64,000 nt of DNA, taken from positions 32,001 to 96,000 of the forward strand of contig JANNVX010000041.1 in assembly GCA_031414595.1 (NCBI GenBank). Direction: 5' to 3'. The notes under the pieces were generated by a model. It made no database searches. It saw only the letters and a program-made list of their open reading frames with translations, and was not told where the DNA came from. The translations under genes were made by a program, and so were the position numbers. This document shows, in pieces, positions 9,679 to 18,323 of this stretch (position 1 is its first letter; each line of letters begins with the position of its first letter). The stretch comes from Deinococcales bacterium (GTDB lineage: Bacteria > Deinococcota > Deinococci > Deinococcales > JAAFIG01).

Positions 9679-10758
9679 GTGATTAGTGGTCGCTTAAAAG
9701 ATGTCCCCATCGAAGACATCCTTAGCCTGATTGCCGGAGGGCGCAAATCGGGGGTCTTGGTGGTCAATCTCGATGAGCGTGAAGCCAAAATTCATTTTGA
9801 GGACGGCAAAATTTTGTATGCTCGAATTGAAGATGGGGCAAACCTCGGGGAGTATATGGTGCGGCTCGAGATGACCACGCCCGAAGATGTGCAGAAACTG
9901 GTGGGCAAACAAAAACAAGAAAATCCGCATACCCCGCTTGGCATGATGGCAGTGCGAAATGGTGTGATTAACGACCAAGACCTTCGCACGGCGCTAGAAG
10001 CCCAAGTGCTTGACGCGATGATCGAAGTGATGATTTGGGCAGATATTCCCCGTTCCAGATTTAACTTTAAGGAACGAGGCTTGGATGCTTCACAAGTCCC
10101 AACGCCGCATTTACTCGATGCTTCTGGGATGCTGATGGAATGCACGCGGCGTTTAGACGAATGGCGGCGTGGGCAAGTCAAACCCCAAGATGTTCTCGAG
10201 GTGGCAGTGGATTTACAAGGCGATAGCCGCACCGCCAAATTAACCCTTGGGCAATGGGAACTGATGTACCTTGTGGATGGGCAACGCAGTGCTGCCAGTA
10301 TTGCCGCCGAACTAAATATCCCTGAAGGCGAGACTTATTACCAACTTTTTTTAATGCAGGAACAAAAACTGCTTCGTCCTGCCGAGGTGCGCGGCGAAGA
10401 CCCTTGGGTGTTAATTGTTTCGACTTCACAAACCACACGGCGGCTTTGTACCCTGACCCTGACCCGAGAACGCTACCGTGTGATGCACGCCACCACCTTG
10501 GAAACTGCCAAGAACCTGCTCGAGACACGCCGTCCAAATACGGTTTTACTGGATTGGGAAGAACCACTCGAGACCATCAAAGCTATTCGTGGTAGACGCA
10601 ATTTAACCCCAATTGTAGCAATAGTTCAAACCGAACCTCGGGTTGGGCTTGGCTTATTTCGTAACCATGCCACCACCAATGTGCGTTACTTGATTAAACC
10701 GTATACCGAAATGCAGCTGATTCGTTCGATTGGCGCAGTCACGGGCAGAGCCGTCTAA
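9679..10758 (+). CDS. DUF4388 (PatA-N-like) protein with a C-terminal receiver-like domain
   Basis: SGRLKDVPIEDILSLI..RKSGVL N-terminus, RRLDEW motif, C-terminal VLLDW...LIKPY. Confidence 0.7.
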   Translation: MISGRLKDVPIEDILSLIAGGRKSGVLVVNLDEREAKIHFEDGKILYARIEDGANLGEYMVRLEMTTPEDVQKLVGKQKQENPHTPLGMMAVRNGVINDQDLRTALEAQVLDAMIEVMIWADIPRSRFNFKERGLDASQVPTPHLLDASGMLMECTRRLDEWRRGQVKPQDVLEVAVDLQGDSRTAKLTLGQWELMYLVDGQRSAASIAAELNIPEGETYYQLFLMQEQKLLRPAEVRGEDPWVLIVSTSQTTRRLCTLTLTRERYRVMHATTLETAKNLLETRRPNTVLLDWEEPLETIKAIRGRRNLTPIVAIVQTEPRVGLGLFRNHATTNVRYLIKPYTEMQLIRSIGAVTGRAV

Positions 10759-10799
10759 GACTAACCACGGTCAATCTAATTTAAGGTATTCTGGGTCTC

Positions 10800-12014
10800 A
10801 TGTCTCGAGTCTTGATGATTGGTGCTGGCGGTGTTGGCGGAGTGGTGGCAAAAAAATGCGCCCAGAACGATTCGGTCTTTACCGAACTGATGATTGCCAG
10901 CCGTACCAAAGCCAAATGCGATAAAATTGCCAGCGAAATAAAAGAATTCTTTCCGAACTCCAAAACCATAATTACCACGGCTCAAGTGGATGCTGATGAT
11001 GTGGCAGCGCTGGTCAAGCTCATTGGTGAGTTCAAACCGAAAATGGTGATTAACGTCGCTCTGCCCTATCAGGATTTGCCGATTATGGATGCTTGTTTAG
11101 AAACAGGGGTGCATTACTTGGACACCGCCAATTATGAACCCAAAGACCTTGCCAAGTTCGAGTATAGCTGGCAATGGGCGTACAAAGAACGCTTTGAAAA
11201 CGCGGGTTTAATGGCGCTTTTGGGTTCTGGTTTTGACCCCGGTGCAACCAATGTTTACAGTGCTTACCACGCCAAGCATCACTTTGACGAAATGCACTAC
11301 ATGGACATTGTTGACTGCAACAACGGTAGCCATGGCAAAGCCTTTGCCACAAATTTTAATCCAGAAATTAACATCCGAGAGATTACGGCAAATGGGCGCT
11401 ACTGGGAAAATGGCGCATGGATAGAAACCAGACCGCTCGAGATTAGCCAAGATATTTACTACCCACGGGTTCAAACCCGCAAGAGTTTTGTGCTGTACCA
11501 CGAAGAACTCGAGAGTCTGGTGAAGCACTACCCAACACTCAAACGGGCGCGTTTTTGGATGACCTTTGGCGAGCAGTACATCAAATACCTGTCTGTTCTC
11601 GAGACGGTCGGTATGACAGCCATAGAACCAATTCGGATTAAAGGGGTGGACATTGCACCCATTGAATTCTTAAAAGCGATTCTACCCGCACCCGAAAGCC
11701 TTGCTGCCAATTACACCGGACAGACCTGTATTGGAGTGCAGATTAAAGGCATCAAAGACGGCAAACCAAAGACCCATTTTATTTATAATGTCTGTGACCA
11801 TGCCGAGACCTTTAAGGAAGTTCAAGCCCAAGGCATTAGCTACACCACTGGCGTACCCGCGATGATAGGCGCAATGCTGATGCTCGAGGGCAAATGGATG
11901 AAACCGGGGGTCTGGAACATGGAACAATTTGACCCAGACCCATTTATGGCAGCCATGAACCAATGGGGTTTGCCGTGGCATGAACTGAGTGATATTGAAC
12001 TGGTTAAAGATTAA
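10800..12014 (+). CDS. Saccharopine dehydrogenase family, carboxy(nor)spermidine dehydrogenase-like
   Basis: IGAGGVG, ALPYQD, YLDTANYE, GFDPG, ATNFNPEINIRE. Confidence 0.85.
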   Translation: MSRVLMIGAGGVGGVVAKKCAQNDSVFTELMIASRTKAKCDKIASEIKEFFPNSKTIITTAQVDADDVAALVKLIGEFKPKMVINVALPYQDLPIMDACLETGVHYLDTANYEPKDLAKFEYSWQWAYKERFENAGLMALLGSGFDPGATNVYSAYHAKHHFDEMHYMDIVDCNNGSHGKAFATNFNPEINIREITANGRYWENGAWIETRPLEISQDIYYPRVQTRKSFVLYHEELESLVKHYPTLKRARFWMTFGEQYIKYLSVLETVGMTAIEPIRIKGVDIAPIEFLKAILPAPESLAANYTGQTCIGVQIKGIKDGKPKTHFIYNVCDHAETFKEVQAQGISYTTGVPAMIGAMLMLEGKWMKPGVWNMEQFDPDPFMAAMNQWGLPWHELSDIELVKD

Positions 12015-12167
12015 ACGCCCCTTGGGATACTTTATTCGAGATGGGATTTGTATTTTTAGCGCAGCCTAGGCACAAGCCTCGAGAGTTGCTTGATTTAATG
12101 CTTAAACAGAGTCTAAAACTACTTTTAAGCACACCGCGTCGGCTCGAGGGCGAAAGACTTAGAGATT

Positions 12168-13946
12168 CTACTCAGCCTCTTCTACTTTTTTGGTCTTCAC
12201 AAAGCGCTTGAGTACGCCACTTAAGCCACTCGAGACTCGAGCTAATAACGTGGGTTTTGCTGGCTCAGTAATTATTGCTGGCTCGATAAGAGTTTCCTCG
12301 AGTGGCTTACCAGTCAATCGGGCATAGGTGCGGCGGTCTGCCATAACCACCAGTTCATCGAGTGGCTCGAGGGTGGTGCTGCCGCGTGGGACACGAACAT
12401 GTCCGTCACGCAAAATAGCCACCAGTAGCGTATCTTGCCAGTCAAGGTCGCGCACCAATTGGTTACGCCATGTTTCTGGTACAGGCAGTCGGTAAAGACG
12501 TTCGTCGTCGGTATCCGAAATCATCAGTGCGTCTTGCTCGAGTAAATCAAGTAGGTCTGGGGTATCGCGTAAGCCAGTGGCACGTTTTAAGTATTCGTTA
12601 ATATGCACTGGACTATTTGAACGAGATTCGGCTTGGGCTGGCAGGATGCTTTCGCGTCCAGTCAGGGCATACCCCGCTAAAGTGGTCATTAAGAGCGGCA
12701 CAAGCAAGCCGTAGCCGCTCCATTCGGTAATTAGCAGCGTGGCGGCGAGTGGTGCATTGACTGCCCCAGCCAAAAAAGCCGCCATGCCTGCCAAAGTAAA
12801 GGCGGCTGGTTCGATGGGGTAGTTTGGAAAAATAATGTTCAGGGTTTGGGCAAATAAATTTCCGATTAACCCGCCCAGCACCAAGCTCGGGGTGATTAAA
12901 CCGCCAGTCACACCACTCGAGCCTGCCAGCAGTACAATTCCAGCCCGAATGATTAGCAATGCCAGTACCGTGCCAATCGGTAGAAAATCGGATAAGGAAA
13001 GCTGCATCCAACCCAATCCGTCACCCAAAGCAAATTCGGTGAAGACTGCTAGGACACCAATTAAAATGGCGGCTAGGGCAGTTCTTACCCAAATCGGGAT
13101 TTTAATTAAATTCCAACCTTCGCGCAGTCCACGTAAGGCAATTACAAAACCAGCCGCCGCCAGTGCCTCGAGTAAGCCCAAGACAAAAAAGGCTGGCAAT
13201 AAAGCGGGGGGCTGCCCTCCGAGTTGTGGCAGTTCAAAAAGGGGTTCAAAACCTCGGAATAAGCCGTAAATTGCAAAGGCAATCACACTCGAGAGGACGG
13301 CGGGCATCAGGGCTTCAATTTCAAATTCAAAACGTCGGTAGAGCATTTCGACCGCTAAAACCGCCGCCGCTAAAGGCGCACGTAAAGCCAAACCAAGCAT
13401 GGCAGCCAAGGTTGCCACAAACATCAAACGTCTGTCCTCGTCGGATAAGCGGGATAAGCGGGTAAAGACAGGCGCGAGAAGCATGGCGAGACTGGCAAAA
13501 ACCCCTTCGCGTCCTAACGGTGCGCCTACACTTGCAGTTAAGATACCTTGGAGTAATTCTAAAGCGGTACGACGCGGTTCTGGGTTGGCATTTTGACCAT
13601 GAAAGGCTTGAACCGCAGCGTTCACCCCGTCTGACTCGAGTGGAGGGGCATCTTTTTGTCTGGCACGCCAGAAAGCCAGCCCAGCAAATCCCAGTAAGGT
13701 CAGGAGTGGCAGTAACCAAGCACTTTGGGCGGTGTAGGCTTGTAAAATCCCGCCTTCACTGGGTAGTCCGGGTGGGCGTAAACCAGTTAAGCCAGATAAA
13801 AACCAGTCTTGTAAACGCTCGAGTACCCATGCCAGCGCTGCCCCGAACGCACCAACCAATAAGCCAGTGCCAATGCTGTACAAGACAACCCGACCAGTCT
13901 CGAGTCGAGCGCCAAAAAAGGGCAATGCGCGGCGTGTCGGTTGCAT
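12168..13946 (-). CDS. ClC family anion channel/antiporter with a C-terminal TrkA-C (RCK_C) domain
   Basis: GREG motif, APLAA repeats, many TM helices, LVAILRDG..VPRGST; TACGCT 7 nt before ATG 13946. Confidence 0.85.
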   Translation of the reverse strand: MQPTRRALPFFGARLETGRVVLYSIGTGLLVGAFGAALAWVLERLQDWFLSGLTGLRPPGLPSEGGILQAYTAQSAWLLPLLTLLGFAGLAFWRARQKDAPPLESDGVNAAVQAFHGQNANPEPRRTALELLQGILTASVGAPLGREGVFASLAMLLAPVFTRLSRLSDEDRRLMFVATLAAMLGLALRAPLAAAVLAVEMLYRRFEFEIEALMPAVLSSVIAFAIYGLFRGFEPLFELPQLGGQPPALLPAFFVLGLLEALAAAGFVIALRGLREGWNLIKIPIWVRTALAAILIGVLAVFTEFALGDGLGWMQLSLSDFLPIGTVLALLIIRAGIVLLAGSSGVTGGLITPSLVLGGLIGNLFAQTLNIIFPNYPIEPAAFTLAGMAAFLAGAVNAPLAATLLITEWSGYGLLVPLLMTTLAGYALTGRESILPAQAESRSNSPVHINEYLKRATGLRDTPDLLDLLEQDALMISDTDDERLYRLPVPETWRNQLVRDLDWQDTLLVAILRDGHVRVPRGSTTLEPLDELVVMADRRTYARLTGKPLEETLIEPAIITEPAKPTLLARVSSGLSGVLKRFVKTKKVEEAE

Positions 13947-13970
13947 TGGGAGTAGCGTATCATTGTTTGT

Positions 13971-14050
13971 TGGAACATTGACCCATATGTAACTGGGACT
14001 TTGACCCATGTGTAACTGGAACATTGACCCATGTGTAACTGGGACTTTGA
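13971..14050. repeat. 23-bp tandem repeat, about 3.5 copies, alternating A/B units
   Basis: TGGAACATTGACCCATRTGTAAC alternating with TGGGACTTTGACCCATGTGTAAC. Confidence 0.9.
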
Positions 14051-14182
14051 TTCGTTCAACTGAACTTTTGCGGATTGTTTGGCGTACATAAAATCAGAGG
14101 ATGTTTAATGACACTGGCGTTTGCGGCAAATTTAATTCAGGTGGGTTCACTACCCAAGCCTTATTTGGTTAGAATGCCAGTC

Positions 14183-14770
14183 ATGAATTCATTGCCAGAG
14201 TTATCAGACGCGGATTTAATTGCGCGTTTTGCTTGGCGTGACGAAGCGGCTTTAGCAGAAATCTATGACCGCTACTCGAGTTTGTTGTTTGGTTTGGCGG
14301 TACGGGTTTCAGGGTCTAAGGAACGAGCCGAGGAAATTGTCCAGGATGCCTTTATGAAACTCTGGCGCAATCCTAGTTTGTTCGATGCGTCTCGAGCCAG
14401 TTTGTCTACTTTTTTAATTACGTTGGTACGAAATGCCTCGATAGATACTCTGCGCCGTGAGCGCTACACCACGCCACTTGAAGACGAAGAAGGCGAGCCG
14501 CTTCCGATAGCCAGTAGCATCGCCACCCCACTCGAGCAAGCAGAACTGGCACAAACGGCAATGCAGGTGCGGGTCGCAATGGCGGAGTTATCGCCAAACC
14601 ACCGACGTACCGTCGAACTAGCCTATTTTAAGGGCGCGTCTCGAGAAGAAATTGCACTGGAAATGGATGTACCTGTAGGGACAGTCAAAAGCCGTTTGAA
14701 GTACGCTCTTGATAAACTTAAGGCTTCGCTCGGCGAATTTTCACTTGGAGGGCAACATGGCACAAATTAA
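14183..14770 (+). CDS. ECF RNA polymerase sigma factor (SigK-like)
   Basis: AEEIVQDAF..LW, RNASIDTLRR, PVGTVKSRL; TAGAAT 7 nt before ATG 14183. Confidence 0.92.
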   Translation: MNSLPELSDADLIARFAWRDEAALAEIYDRYSSLLFGLAVRVSGSKERAEEIVQDAFMKLWRNPSLFDASRASLSTFLITLVRNASIDTLRRERYTTPLEDEEGEPLPIASSIATPLEQAELAQTAMQVRVAMAELSPNHRRTVELAYFKGASREEIALEMDVPVGTVKSRLKYALDKLKASLGEFSLGGQHGTN

Positions 14771-15986
14771 AGAATTGCTCCCAGTGGTTGCGCTTGGTAT
14801 TGCCACACCCGAAGAAGTTCAGTTGGTTAAAGCTGCTCTCGAGTCGGATGTTGCCCTGCAAACCGAGTATGCCGAACTCGAACGGGTTTTAACTGGGCTT
14901 GGTGCAGATGTTGCCCTTGCGCCTCCTGCTACCTTAAAAACCAAAATCCTAGCTGCGGCTCGAGAATCCATTCCAAAAGCTGTTGCCGTTTCTCGAGTTC
15001 GGGCTGCGCCACAAGCTCGGCGTTCTCGTCCAATCGCAAAATTTATTCCGTGGGTCATGGGTGGTTTAGCGGCTGGTTTAACTGCCTTGGCTGTCTTTGT
15101 TGTGCAACCCCAAGCCTCACAAATCAATGCAACTAGCGTGGCAGCCACCTCTGACGGCAGTATTATTTATGCCAATTCTGGGGCGGTGTCACGTACCACA
15201 CCTGTTGTGCTGATGCGGGCTAACGGTCAGAAGATTCCAATTAAATTTGTGGCAGATAAAGAGTGTTTGTTTAAGGCGGCTGTCTCGAGTGACGGCTTAA
15301 CGTACTTACTGGATTCTGCCAATAATATCGTTTTCATTATCGAAGAAAAAACTGGTGAACTGATTGATCGCTGGACTGTACCGAAAAACGCTACCGCCAT
15401 GGATGTGGTTGGAACAACTGTGTTGGTGCGTTCTAGCGAAGTTGCAATCATTTTTAGGCGCAACCAAAGTGGCGAAAAAAGCATGGTCGAAGCACGGCTC
15501 TCGAGTCTCAGTAAACCCAGTGCGAACCCCGAAGCGGCTGTCATAGATGGTGACAACTTATACATCACAGACCAAACAGCAGGGGTGATTCATGTTTTAA
15601 GCAGTATAACGGGTAAAGAAAAAACACAATTTCAAGCACCTGAATTGCCTGTTTCTCTGGCTGTTAGGGGCGGTTTGTGGGTACTTGATGGCAAAGGCGC
15701 ACTGCTAAAACTTGGGTTGCCAAGCGGTCAAGTTCTCGAGAAAATTGCACTTCAAGGCAGACCACAACTTTTACGTCTAACCGATGGGTTTGCCTTTATT
15801 GCTGATTCTGATGGGTTTGTTTCGGTGGTTGACCTTGCAAAAAAGAAAGTAACAGCCCGTAAACGCTTGCAAAATTCGGTCATGGGACTCTCCGATATGC
15901 CCGATGGTCATATGGCAGTTGCGCTCGAGAAAGCTGGAATTGTTGTGCTGGACGATAATCTTGAGGTTGTCAAAAGATTCAACTGA
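14757..15986 (+). CDS. Putative membrane-anchored anti-sigma factor with an extracytoplasmic beta-propeller-like domain
   Basis: Overlaps the sigma stop; RskA-like N-terminus (ELLPVVALG...PPATLKTKIL), one TM helix, beta-rich repeats. Confidence 0.7.
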   Translation: MAQIKELLPVVALGIATPEEVQLVKAALESDVALQTEYAELERVLTGLGADVALAPPATLKTKILAAARESIPKAVAVSRVRAAPQARRSRPIAKFIPWVMGGLAAGLTALAVFVVQPQASQINATSVAATSDGSIIYANSGAVSRTTPVVLMRANGQKIPIKFVADKECLFKAAVSSDGLTYLLDSANNIVFIIEEKTGELIDRWTVPKNATAMDVVGTTVLVRSSEVAIIFRRNQSGEKSMVEARLSSLSKPSANPEAAVIDGDNLYITDQTAGVIHVLSSITGKEKTQFQAPELPVSLAVRGGLWVLDGKGALLKLGLPSGQVLEKIALQGRPQLLRLTDGFAFIADSDGFVSVVDLAKKKVTARKRLQNSVMGLSDMPDGHMAVALEKAGIVVLDDNLEVVKRFN

Positions 15987-16094
15987 GTATAAAATTCTTT
16001 TTGACGATTTCGTGACGGTGCGTTTGTTACAATACACCTATCAAAAGGACGGGCAACGACCCAACCTTTAATTCAGCTTACCCTGGAGGGGTTT

Positions 16095-16295
16095 ATGAAA
16101 CGCACAAACTACATGAAACGCGCCACGCTCCGTTTTCTCGAGGGTACAAAATTCCGTACTCCTGTCGAAGCTGTCGAAGCTGGAGTTCGCAGCTTAGGCG
16201 ACTGGGCAGATATGCTTGCCGAAGAACGCGAAGCCGAAACAGTCCAAAACAGCGTAGACCGTCGTCGTAACCGCGAAGTTATGGCAGAAGCCTAA
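16095..16295 (+). CDS. Small hypothetical protein (66 aa)
   Basis: GGAGG SD, charged helical sequence, no competing ORF. Confidence 0.7.
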   Translation: MKRTNYMKRATLRFLEGTKFRTPVEAVEAGVRSLGDWADMLAEEREAETVQNSVDRRRNREVMAEA

Positions 16296-16296
16296 A

Positions 16297-16573
16297 GAGC
16301 AGCTTTGAGTCATGAGCTATGGGCTTTGAGTAACACCGTCCAAATGGCGTAGCCAACACCAAGTCAATTAGCGCACACGCTTCTTAAAAAAACGCAGTAC
16401 AATAAACCCAAGTTGAACAAACCTCCTCCACCTCGAGACCACGCTTTTAAGCGCTCTCGAGGTTTTGTCGTTTGGTAGCTATTAGCTTCTAGCTGCTAGT
16501 TTTCAGCTTCTAGCTTTTCACCCTTTGTCTTTCGCCTTTCGTCCTCATAGCTCAAGACTCATAGCTCATAGCT
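16297..16573. repeat. Heptamer tandem repeats (ATGAGCT/ATGGGCT and inverted CTCATAG/TAGCTTC types) around a hairpin
   Basis: 16297-16330 and about 16475-16573; the same heptamer recurs at 60247-60277. Confidence 0.7.
16430..16466 (+). terminator. Hairpin terminator with CTCGAG in both arms
   Basis: ACCTCGAGA...TCTCGAGGT then TTT. Confidence 0.6.
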
Positions 16574-16589
16574 TTCTTAGGAGGTTATT

Positions 16590-18305
16590 ACGGAAAAAGT
16601 ACATGGTCATACAAGCGGCTTAAAGCCCAGTATTCTTAAACTCTTATCGAATTTGTACCGCCGCAAAGTCCCACCCAATACGGCTGTCACCCCAGAATTG
16701 GCGCGTAGCCTGACCGAACTGTCTTTAGAGATTAACCGCGAGGTTTGTGTGCTGATTGACAGGCGTGGACGGGTCGTGACGGTTTCGGTCGGTGATGCCA
16801 GCCGAACCGAATTTCCCAGTCTGGATCGTGGACGTGAAGCCGAAGCCCGTCTGCGTGGTTTATGGTTGGTTCATGCCCATCCTAAACCTGCGCCGCTTTC
16901 TAAGTCAGATTTATCCACGCTTTTCTTGAACCGTTTAGATGCGATGGTGGCGATTGAAGTCCGCGCCGATGGCTTACCTGGCAACGCACATCTGGCGCAT
17001 TTAACGCCGCCAAACGCCAAAATTGAAGAAGAAGATTGGCGTATTTACGCGCCGCAAAGTGTGCAGAATCTCGAGAACTGGGATATTGCCGCCAATACCC
17101 GCGCTTTAGAAGAAGAATTTACCCGAACCCAGAAGGTACGCGAAACCAAACGTAGCAGCGAAGAACGTGCCATTTTGGTGCAGCTTGACCGTGGTACTGG
17201 AATTAACGCCGAAACTGCGCTCGAGGAACTCACTGAACTGGCTTGGACGGCTGGGGCAGTGGTTGTCTATAAAGAATTGGTGTTCCGTAAATTTGCCAAA
17301 GCCGATACCTTAATTGGACGCGGTAAACTCGAGGAACTGACCAGTCGGGCGTATCATTTGGACGCTGATGTGCTGATTTTTGGTGAGGGCTTAAATCCTG
17401 CTCAGGCAAGGGAAATCGAAAGCGCTACCAATCTTAAAATCATTGACCGCAACCAGTTAATCCTTGATATTTTTGCCCAGCACGCCAGTGGTCCAGAATC
17501 GAAGTTACAAGTCGAACTGGCACAATTGCAGTACATGAAGCCACGTTTACTTGGGCAAGGCACAAAGTTAAGTAAAATTGGTGGTGGTGCGGCTGGCTCA
17601 GGTGGAGCAATTGGCACTCGTGGACCCGGTGAAACCAAACTCGAGCTTGACCGTCGGCGCATCAATGACCGCATCACCTTTTTAGAACAAACCCTGCGTG
17701 ATTTGAATAAACGCCAACAAGAACGCCGTAAAAGCCGTCTGCGAAGCGGTATCCCCAATGTGGCAATTGTTGGCTACACCAATGCGGGCAAAAGCACACT
17801 GCTGAATGCCTTAACCCACTCGAGTGTATTGGCAGAGAACAAACTCTTTGCGACCCTTGCACCAACCAGTAGGCGCGGTTATTTACCAGACTACGGCGAA
17901 ATTGTTTTCACCGACACGGTGGGCTTTATCCGTGAATTACCGACTGACCTTAAACGGGCTTTTCGCAGCACCCTTGAAGAACTTGATGATGTGGATGTCT
18001 TGCTGCATGTGCTGGATGCCAGTGTCGAAGATGCTCTCGAGCGCCACAGTGCGGTCGAGAGTATTTTAAGTGAACTCGAACTCAATAACTTGCCGCACTT
18101 ACTTGTACTAAATAAATGCGACCATGCCGACCCTTTTGACATAGATGTACTCGAGGAACGGCTCGGCGGAATTCGCATTTCTGCCCAGAACAAACAAGGT
18201 ATTCCCGAACTCAAACACGCCATTCTCAGCGCTATTCTTGAGCATCGCGCCCAGTTGCAAGTGCTGTTTATGGAAGAACAACAAGCCAAATTGCAATACG
18301 CTTAA
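16590..18305 (+). CDS. hflX: GTPase HflX with N-terminal extension; probable ACG start
   Basis: GTRGPGETKLE, VGYTNAGKST, DTVGFI, NKCD; frame open upstream to AGGAGG-N5-ACG. Confidence 0.93.
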   Translation, partial: TEKVHGHTSGLKPSILKLLSNLYRRKVPPNTAVTPELARSLTELSLEINREVCVLIDRRGRVVTVSVGDASRTEFPSLDRGREAEARLRGLWLVHAHPKPAPLSKSDLSTLFLNRLDAMVAIEVRADGLPGNAHLAHLTPPNAKIEEEDWRIYAPQSVQNLENWDIAANTRALEEEFTRTQKVRETKRSSEERAILVQLDRGTGINAETALEELTELAWTAGAVVVYKELVFRKFAKADTLIGRGKLEELTSRAYHLDADVLIFGEGLNPAQAREIESATNLKIIDRNQLILDIFAQHASGPESKLQVELAQLQYMKPRLLGQGTKLSKIGGGAAGSGGAIGTRGPGETKLELDRRRINDRITFLEQTLRDLNKRQQERRKSRLRSGIPNVAIVGYTNAGKSTLLNALTHSSVLAENKLFATLAPTSRRGYLPDYGEIVFTDTVGFIRELPTDLKRAFRSTLEELDDVDVLLHVLDASVEDALERHSAVESILSELELNNLPHLLVLNKCDHADPFDIDVLEERLGGIRISAQNKQGIPELKHAILSAILEHRAQLQVLFMEEQQAKLQYA

Positions 18306-18323
18306 GAGGCAAAAGGCAAAGAT

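Noticed and set aside
13971-14050. Possible CRISPR array
   Set aside because: Units are contiguous with no unique spacers, and no cas genes are present.
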